A DNA stretch of 64,000 nucleotides, from NCBI GenBank assembly GCA_951406725.2, contig OX597831.1:3906001-3970000 (forward strand). The letters run 5' to 3'. The stretch is from Octopus vulgaris. Taxonomy: Eukaryota. Both the position numbers and the translations under genes were made by a program. Shown piece by piece: positions 54,832 through 64,000 of the stretch. How positions within the stretch are numbered: position 1 is the first letter of the stretch; every line of letters begins with the position of its first letter. The notes under the pieces are model-generated. The model did not search any database and was not told where the DNA came from. It worked only from the letters and a program-made list of their open reading frames with translations.

Positions 54832-55065
54832 GGCGGCGAGCTGGCAGATTCGTTAGCACGCCGGGCGAAATGCGTAGCCGTATTTCGTCTGCCATTACGT
54901 TCTGAGTTCAAATTCCGCCGAGGTCGACTTTCATCCTTTCATCCTTTCGGGGTCGATAAATTAAGTACCAGTTACGCACTGGGGGTCGATGTAATCGACT
55001 TAATCCGTTTGTCTGTCCTTGTTTGTCCTTTCTGTGTTTAGCCCCTTGTGGGTAGTAAAGAAATA
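54832..55065 (+). mobile_element. Young SINE B nested in an older SINE B (about 54790-55228)
   Basis: TSD GGTATATCACTC at 54820-54831 and 55066-55077. Confidence 0.9.
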
Positions 55066-55949
55066 GGTATATCACTCGGCTCTTTGCATTCTGAGTTTAA
55101 ATCCTGCTGAGCTCAGCTTTGCCTTTCGTCTTTTCAACGGTGATGAAATACCAGTGAAATACTGGGATCGATCTAATCTATTAACATTCTCTCTAAAAGT
55201 ATTGGCTTTTGCCAAAATTTGAAACCATTGTGTTTTTGTGATATTTCTCGATAACCCAAAAGCTAGTGTAACTGAAGTAATTTTTATGTTGGATTTTATG
55301 CCACACAAGGACGTTTACTGAATATTTTGGAAGATCTAATCCCTCAAGGAGTAAACAACAAGGTCGTTTAAAACATTTCCATTTTAATCCTCTCGTCGAA
55401 CGCTAAGACAAATAAAAACAACATGGCTTCCTTATTCCCCGGATGCATCTCTAAGAAAGATTGCCGCAGACGAAGTAAACAACCATCTCACAAAAACAAC
55501 ACTAAATAAAATGTCACCCCCGCAAAAAAACAAAAACAAAACAAAAACATTAAGAACGCAAACAAGCAATTGGTAGAAAATAAAAAAAATAAAACTACAA
55601 CAAATTAATATATTGTACAATAAACAATATGTTTGACAACAATAACATCAGCAGCAGCAACAACAACAACGATAACAACAACAACAACAACAACAACAAC
55701 AACTACAATTATATACACATTCGGGCTAAGTCAAACGAAAATATGACTTACGAACAACTACCTTTTACAAACGTTCATCCTACTACGTGACTCCATAATT
55801 TGGGGGGGAATTTTGCTAAATGATCGAAAGCTTGTTACGATTTCTTTTTACAAGACAGATGCTAGCTTAGCACAAGTAATTTACGAAGGCACATGGGAAG
55901 TGGAAGCTAATTGTTATTGCCAGGATCACTATTATTGGCAGCTACCCTC

Positions 55950-56860
55950 CTTCCATGCAAAGAAGACTTGTAAAAAGCTCAGGTAGGTATTTAAGAGAAA
56001 TCTTTATTGGCAGAATTACAGCATATGACACCATGTGCCTCATTTTTGTTTTTAGTTTTAAAGAGGACAGAGTAAAAGTGGAAGCACAAATTGTACTCGT
56101 TAGACTGGTCTTAGAGTATATTGGAAGGAGAGACACAAGAATCACCGTCAGGGGCATGAACATATGGTCAGTGTTGATGTAATTCTTGGTATTGAGTGGT
56201 CAAGTGGTTTAGGAGGGAAAGAAAACCCTCGAGCGGCTCCGAGTGGTTTCTTACCACAACTAAGGACTAGCTGGTGGAACGTCAGCAGGAGAAAGATCAG
56301 AAAGTTCTGGCAATCATCAGCCAGATCTTGCCATGACCAGACATCATCTTGCTTTCCAAGGCAACAAGGCAGCTAGACCTGTTGGACGTAACTGCACCCT
56401 TGGAAAGAGATAATGGAGAGGACTCAAGACTGGAAGAAAACTAAGTACCAGAAGTTAGCGAAGGACTTCAGAGAACGAAGTGTTTGTGAGTGGAGGTTGG
56501 CTGTCGAGGGTGTGCCAAGCGAACTCTGAGCAAAACCTATGGAACTCCGGGCATTACAAAAATGAGTTGAAGAAGCGACATGATGAAGAACAACGTACAG
56601 TTGCTGAGAAAGTATCTAGTGGACTTTGGCTGAATAGAGGTGGTCAGTAAGGTCAGCAGAACTACGCTTGGACACAGGTCTGGATTTGTCGACCTTACGT
56701 TGGATCATCTGGATGAGGGTGTGTTGTTGTAAGACTCAAAACATCCACTAACACCAGGATACAATGCTGATGATGCGTCCAAGTATTTCATCTGTAGATG
56801 TACACAACTGGTGTTGCGTAGATATTTCGTTTTAAGGATTCTGTTTTAATAAACCTTTGT
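55950..56860 (+). mobile_element. Hero-clade (R2-group) LINE 3' remnant
   Basis: PDIILLSKATRQL, PW.E.ME, K.TKYQ.L, VEVGCRG and AEKVSSGLWLNR motifs, then a Hero-like 3' UTR and AATAAA. Confidence 0.75.
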
Positions 56861-57124
56861 ATATTGTATAATGTTTTCACTCCTTCCATTTTGTCTTCGT
56901 AGAAATTGTCTTTGCCCACACTAAACGTCTTTAAAAGCTCCACACACATCTGACATTTCTTCGCAATTTTGCTGCATATATTTCAGCCCCTTATTACCAA
57001 TAATGCAACAATTATTATAATTGTTGTTGTTGTTGTTGTTTACAATGTTCCTTTCTTCCAAACAATTCTTTTTTCATCTTCATATTTTTGGGGATTTTAT
57101 TGTTGCTTACATTCTTCCTGTCTT

Positions 57125-58180
57125 CCTCCAATCTTCCTTCCCTCTTTCGTTCGTTCGTTCCTTCTTTCCTTCGTTCCTTCGTTCCTTCCTTCCATTCTTC
57201 CTTCGTTCCTTCGTTCCTTCCTTCGTTCCTTCCTTCGTTCCTTCCTTCTTTCCTTCTTTCTTTCCTTCCTACCTTCCTACCATCCTTCCTTCCTTCCTTT
57301 CTTCCTTCTTTCCTGTCTTCTTTCCTTCCTTCCTTTCTTCCTTCCTTTTTTCTTTCTTTCTTTCTTCCTTCTTTTTTTGTTTCTTTATTTTCTATAATCT
57401 TTTCCTTCCTTCCATTCTTCTTTCCATCCTTCCTTCCTTCCTTCCCTTCCTTCCTTCCTTCCTTCATTCCTTCCTTCCTTCCTTCCTCTATCTTTCCTTC
57501 CTTCCTCTATCCTTCCTTCCTTCCTTCCTTCCTTCCTTCCTCTATCCTTCCTTCCTCTATCCTTCCTTCCTTCCTCCTTCCTTCCTTCCTTTCTTCCTTC
57601 CTTCCTTCCTTCCTTCCTCTATCCTTCCTTCCTTCCTCTATCCTTCCTTCCTTCCTCCTTCCTTCCTTCCTTCCTTCCTTCCTTCCTTCCTTCCTTCCTC
57701 TATCCTTCCTTCCTTCCTCTATCCTTCCTTCCTTCCTCCTTCCTTCCTTCCTTCCTTCCTTCCTTCCTTCCTTCCTTCCTTCCTTCCTTCCTTCCTCTAT
57801 CCTTCCTTCCTTCCTCTATCCTTCCTTCCTTCCTTCCTTCCTTCCTTCCTTCCTTCCTTCCTTCCTTCCTTCCTTCCTTCCTTCCTTCCTTCCTTCCTTC
57901 CTTCCTTCCTTCCTTCCTTCCTTCCATCCTCCCTTCCTTCCTTCCTTCCTTCCTTCCATCCTCCCTTCCTTCCTTCCTTCCTTCCTTCCTTCCTTCCTTC
58001 CTTCCTTCCTTCCTTCCTTCCATCCTTCCTTCCTTCCTTCCTTCCTTCCTTCCTTCCATCCTCCCTTCCTTCCTTCCTTCCTTCCTTCCTTCCTTCCTTC
58101 CTTCCTTCCTTCCTTCCTTCCTTCCTTCCTTCCTTCCTTCCTTCCTTCCTTCCTTCCTTCCTTCCTTCCTCTATCCTTTC
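57125..58180. repeat. (CCTT)n polypyrimidine tract of about 1 kb
   Basis: Direct reading. Confidence 0.97.
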
Positions 58181-58302
58181 CTTTCGCATTAATTTTTAAA
58201 AATTGCTTTCCATTTTCTTTATTTTGTATTTTCCTTTCTTCATTCTTTTTTCTTTCTATCTTTCTTTCTTTCCTTTCTTCTTTCTTGATTTCCTTTCTTT
58301 CT

Positions 58303-58338
<36 letters not shown>

Positions 58339-59229
58339 TCCTCAGCCTTTCCTTCTTTATTTCTTTCTTGCTCCCTCTTTGACCCTCTTTCTTCCTTTCT
58401 TCCTTCCCTACTCCCGTTCGTCCTTTTATCATTGCCTTTCGCTCCTACATCCTACCTTCCCCTATCAACCCTACTTACAAACCAACCCGTTCAACACGAA
58501 ATCTCCTCCTAAACACACCCACCCACCCACTCCGTGGCCATCCTTCCGCTGGAGGGGATCCATCTTCTCTCATGTTGTTATTGGTTTGATGAAATGTTAC
58601 ACGCTGGAAGAACTTTTCAGTTATTAGCTTCTGTGCATGTGTGCGTGGATGTATATGCATATGTGTGTATGTGTGTGTTGTGTATGTGTGTATGTGTGTG
58701 TGTGTGTATGTGTTTGTGAGTGTGTACGTGGATATGTGTGAGTTTGTATGTATGCGTGCGTGTGCTGTGTGTGTATGTGTACGTGACGTGTATGAGAGTG
58801 TGTGCGTATTTGTATGTTTGTACGTCCGTAGACGTGTGTGTAGGCTTGTGTATGTGAGTGTGTGTATGTGTTTGGTGCGTCTGTATGTGTGGTGCATGTG
58901 TGTAACATGCACGCGCGTGTGTGTATGTGTGTGCATGCGCGTATATGTATGTGATGAGTATGAGAGTGTATGTGTGTTTTTGTATATGATGTGTGTGTGT
59001 GCATGTGTGTATGTGTGTGTGTGTGGCGTGTTTACAAATGAACGTATATCTATGTATGTGCGTGTGTGCGTGTGAAAGTGTGTGTCTGCATGTGTGTGTG
59101 TGTGTGTGTGTTTGCATCAGAGTATGTATGCGTCCGCCTGTATATGTGCATATATGTGTATGTGTATAGACACGTGCAATGGTGTATGTGTCTTAGAGAA
59201 AATGTAGGTTTGAGAATAATGTATAAGCA

Positions 59230-59569
59230 GTTGTATGTATGCGTATGCGTGTGTGTATGTACGAATGTAGGTATGTATGTGTATGCATGTACGTATGCGT
59301 ATGTATGTGTGTGTATGGGTGTGTATGTATGTATGTATGTATGCATGCATGTATGAATGTATGTATGTATGTATGTATGCATGTATGTATGCATATGTAT
59401 GTATGTATGTATGTATGTGTGTATGTATGTATGTATGTATGCGTGTATGTATGTATGTATGTATGCATGTATGTATGTATGTATGTATGTATGTATGTAT
59501 GTATGTATGTGTGTATGTATGTATGTATGTATGTATGTATGTATGTATGTATGTATGTATGTATGCATG

Positions 59570-59603
<34 letters not shown>

Positions 59604-59662
59604 TGTATGCATGCATGCATGTATGTATGTATGCATGTATGCATGTATATATGTATGTATGC

Positions 59663-59693
<31 letters not shown>

Positions 59694-59815
59694 TTTATAT
59701 ATGCATATGTATGTATGTATGTATGCATGCATGCATGTATGTATGTATGCATGTATGCATGTATATATGTATGTATGTATGTATGTATGTGTGTGTGTAT
59801 GTATGCGTGTATGTA
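59230..59815. repeat. (TATG)n microsatellite
   Basis: Direct reading. Confidence 0.95.
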
Positions 59816-60049
59816 TGGCGTTTATGCCATACGGTCAGCAATTCTAACGGAGGCCTCAAAAGACATTTAAAGCTCCACAAAGATCAGAACATAACTGCAG
59901 CTCTTGGTGGTCCAAATCGGATTTGCAATCTATGTGGGTTTCTTTACAAAATATTGTCTGGTTTAAAAAGCCACATCAAACGCCATGATGCTTTTAAGGT
60001 ATAGGTACAGGAGGTGACCAGACTTTGCATACGGAGTAGGCAACCACCA
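59816..60049 (+). mobile_element. LINE 3' end (RTE-like) encoding two C2H2 fingers
   Basis: RLC...GGLKRHLKLH and CNLC...GLKSHIKRH before the stop; short tail running into (ATGT)n. Confidence 0.65.
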
Positions 60050-60195
60050 TGTATGTATGTATGTATGTATGTATGTATGTATGTATGTATGTATGTATGT
60101 ATGTATGTATGTACGTACGTACGTACGTACGTATGTATGTATGTATGTATGTATGTATGTATGTGTGTGTGTATGTGTGTGTGTGTGTGTGTGTA

Positions 60196-60232
<37 letters not shown>

Positions 60233-60261
60233 ATGTGTGTGCGTATGTATGTATGTATGTA

Positions 60262-60789
60262 TGCATGGGAAGGCATAGCTATTGATCGTAGGAGGTGGAG
60301 AAGAATTGTGCATGAGGGGACAGCCACGTTTGAGAAATCTCGAGTTGCACATGAGAAAGTAAGGAGGGATGTCAGGAAGGGCATCGCTGTTACACTTCCA
60401 GAAGGGAAGGGTCTTCCTTTGATTCTGACATGCAATGTCTGTGCAAGACCCTGCCTCAGTAAAGCTGGACTCAAGAGTCATCTTCGTAGTCATAAAACGA
60501 GACAGATGAGTGACAACCTGGCCACTGGTGGTGGTGTAACACACCATACTAATCATATCTGTCGGGCATGTGGAAGAGAGTGTAATTCGGCAGGAGGACT
60601 TAAACGACATGCAAAGGTACATGAAGCCCAGTTACAACTACATCCGGCTATTACCAGTAAAGGTTTTAGTTGCCAATTCTGTACAAGACATTGTAGATCT
60701 TTAGCTGAGCTAGTCACATTCGATCACAGCACCAGTAACAGTTAAGCTTCGTACAATGGCCATACTCGATAACGAGGGGGCAGCCATAA
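60262..60789 (+). mobile_element. RTE-clade LINE 3' end with three tandem C2H2 fingers
   Basis: WEGIAIDRRRWRRIVHEG..FE (RTE C-terminus), then CNVC..HLRSH, CRAC..HAKVH and CQFC.. (frameshifted); stem-loop tail into (ATGT)n. Confidence 0.8.
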
Positions 60790-61754
60790 TGTATGTATGT
60801 ATGTATGTATGTATGTATGTATGTATGTATGTATGTATGTATGTATGTATGTATGTATGTATGTATGTATGTATGGATGGATGGATGGATGTGTGTATGT
60901 ATGTATGCGTGTCTGTATATATATATATATGGGTGTGTATGCTTGTGTGTATGTAAATGTGTGTCTATGTATGTGTGTATGCTTGTATGTGTCTGTGTAC
61001 GTATGCATGTGTGTGTATGCATGTATGTATGAATATAAGCATGTGTATGTGCGTATATGTATGTGTATGTGTGTGCGTGTATATGTATGTATTTATGTAT
61101 GTGCATGTGTGTATGTATGTATGTGTATGTATGTACGTATTTATCTATATGTATGCATGTATGTATGTGTGTATGTATGTATGTAGGTGTGTATGGTATG
61201 TATGTGTATGTATGTAAAAATGTATGTGCATGTGTATCGCAAGAGTGGTGGCAGGTTGGTGTTGCTTAGGTGATAGTTGTAATGTTAGTAAGCAGTCACT
61301 AGTGTACTTGTGGGGGTTGTAGTGGTGACAGTAGAGTGGTGTTAATGTGTGACAATGTGTAGTGGCTATGGTGATAGTGGTGGTCGTAGGAGTGGTGCTA
61401 ATGCAACAAAGGTAAGAGTGCTGGTGCTAGTACAGGTGTTGGTTGTTGTTGATGGAGATGTTGCAGCGGTAGTACTATTGTGGTTGCTATGGTGCCGTCG
61501 GTGTAGAGATGCTGGCGGCGGCGGTGATGATTGTGATTGGTAGAGCGCACCTGAGATTTGTGTGTGTGTGTGTGTATGTGTATATGTGTGTCTGTGTGCA
61601 TGAAGGTGTGTGTGTGTGTGTGAGGGTTGTATGTGTGAGTGTGGAGGAGTGTATGTGTTTGTGTGTGTGCTCGAGGGTATGCTGGTAATACTGAGTTTGG
61701 TAATAGTGTATTGGTGTATATGACAGCGGTAATGATATTTTGTGACTGATGGCG

Positions 61755-61883
61755 GAGAGAGAGAGAAGAGAGAGAGAGAGAGAGGGAGAGAGAGAGAGAA
61801 AGAGCGAGAGTGAGAAAGTGAGAGAGATAGAGGGAAAGAAGGGGAGAGAGAGAAAGAGCGAGAGGGAGAGAGAGAGAAAGAGT

Positions 61884-61914
<31 letters not shown>

Positions 61915-62280
61915 AAGAGTGAGAGAGAGAGAGATAAAGAGTCGAAAGAGAGAAAGAGTGAGAGAAAGAGAGTGAAAGAGAGAGAGAGAAAGAGCGAGAG
62001 GGAGAGAGAGAGGGTAGAAAGAGGGGTAGTGAGAGAGGGAAAGGAAAGAGAGCGACAGAGAAAGAGAGGGCGAGATGGGAAAGCGAGAAGGGGAGAGGAG
62101 AGACCGGCGAGAGAGAGAGAGAGAAAGAGAGAGAGAGGGTAGAAAGAGGAGTAGTGAGAGGGGGAAAGGAAAGAGAGCGACAGAGAAAGAGAGGGAGAGA
62201 TGGGAAAGAGAGAAAGAGAGAGAAGGAGAGACCGGCGAGAGAGAGCAGGAGAGAGAGAGAGAGAAAGGGAGAGAGAGAAA
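61755..62280. repeat. GA-rich polypurine tract with an internal duplication of about 120 bp
   Basis: GGGTAGAAAGAGG.GTAGTGAGAG...GAGACCGGCGAG occurs twice. Confidence 0.85.
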
Positions 62281-62482
62281 GCGTGGGGTGGGGAAAGCGA
62301 TATTTGGTAAATTTAAGAGCGACGAAGCGGGTGAGATGTGATCGAAGTATTAGGATGAAGCAATCTATTTTTAAGAGCGACTCTCTTAGTGTGTCGGTGC
62401 AAGCAAACTCACACATATGCTCACATACCTATAAACTTGCACGCATATATATGTATGAAAGTATACTTAGGCATATATATGC

Positions 62483-62514
<32 letters not shown>

Positions 62515-62870
62515 GTATATATATGTATTTATATGCACAGAGATATGATTACATGCAATCACAGTATATAATTTGTGCCCATGTGTGTTAAGCACCTGCA
62601 TATTCCGATATTCTGAGAGTGCGTATATATATGTAAGCATTTTGCTACGCCCAAACCCATATAGATATACATAGCATATTACATACATACATACATACAT
62701 GCATATATATAAATGTATATATATATGTTTTTCCCGTTTCTACGTCTTGTTGTGGCGTCCCTGTACTTACGTATATTTATTTATATATGCATGTATATAT
62801 ACATGTAGATGTAGGTACGTACATATATGTTTGTATGTATGCATATATTTTTAATTATCACATTATATAA

Positions 62871-62905
<35 letters not shown>

Positions 62906-63034
62906 AATAAAATTTATATATAAGGAAACAAGAACGTGAAATACACAAAGGGACGAACACAGAAAACAGACGGGTCATTCGAAGCCTTTAATCTTCAGTC
63001 AGAAACCGGATCATATATATATATATATATCTAA

Positions 63035-63077
<43 letters not shown>

Positions 63078-63139
63078 CATACATACATACATACATACAC
63101 ACACAAACACATAATACATACATGCATATGCATATTATT

Positions 63140-63357
63140 CTTTTATTCTTTTATTTATTTCAGTCATTTGACTGCGGCCATGCTGGAGCACTGCCTTTAG
63201 TCGAACAATTCGACCAACAGGTCTTATTCTTTGTAAGCCTTAGTATTCTTTTATGCTATCGAAATTCTTGTGCCGTACTGCTAAGTTACAGGGACGTGAA
63301 CACACCAACATCGGTTGTACAAGTGACAAACACAGACACACGCGCACACACGCGTAC

Positions 63358-63418
<61 letters not shown>

Positions 63419-63561
63419 CAACGAGCTTCTTTCGGTTTCCAAGACTTTGGTCGGCCCGAGGGTATTGTAGGAGGACTTGCCCAAGGTGCCGCGCAGTGAG
63501 ATTGAACCAAGAATCATATGGTTGGGAAGCAAGCTTCTTACCACACAGCCACTCCTGCACC
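63140..63561 (-). mobile_element. Full-length SINE family A
   Basis: Reverse-complement head, CORE-like segment, SSR and tail. Confidence 0.85.
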
Positions 63562-63594
63562 ATATATATATATATATATACATGTGTGTTTATA

Positions 63595-63673
<79 letters not shown>

Positions 63674-64000
63674 TTATATATATGTGTATATATATATATT
63701 TATGTGTGTGTGTGTGTGCGTGCGTATGTGTGTGTATATATATATATATTTTATATGTGTGTATATGTCTATGCTTTTGAATGCATATATAAATGCATGC
63801 ATGTGCACAAGTATGAGTGCAATCCGGTGCAAATATGTGCATGTTTGCGTGTATTTGCACAAATACATGTTTGTATACAAGCGTGTGTTTGTGTGTGTGT
63901 GCATTTCCATGCGAGTGTCCGTGTGTATGCACTTGTCTGTGTGTATGTACGTGTGTGCGTGTGTATGTGTATGCACGTGTGTGTGTATGTGTGTGTGCGT

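Noticed and set aside
60014-60745. Host C2H2 zinc-finger gene
   Set aside because: The fingers follow an RTE LINE C-terminal motif, lack TGEKP linkers and end in a LINE-type tail.

Overview
AT-rich eukaryotic intergenic or intronic DNA saturated with microsatellites. The SINE, LINE and SSR content resembles an octopod cephalopod genome (inference). No intact host protein-coding gene is supported, and almost all listed ORFs are microsatellite artefacts. Identifiable content: three tRNA-derived SINE families in many copies, two decayed mariners and a mariner MITE, a near-full-length decayed Chapaev3-type DNA transposon, two hAT-like MITEs, a non-autonomous Helitron, LINE remnants (R4/Dong, CRE, Hero, RTE with C2H2 fingers), Penelope-like remnants and a 100-N gap. 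The main hidden signal is a set of short, mostly (TA)n-embedded and often fold-back elements carrying type I hammerhead ribozyme motifs. These include two fully canonical cores (45039-45099 minus, 30785-30868 plus), minimal forms with a palindromic helix III and helix I covariation, and a G3-C8 core-swapped variant. Together they suggest several Penelope-derived or retrozyme-like non-autonomous families. All structures were folded by eye and none has been tested.
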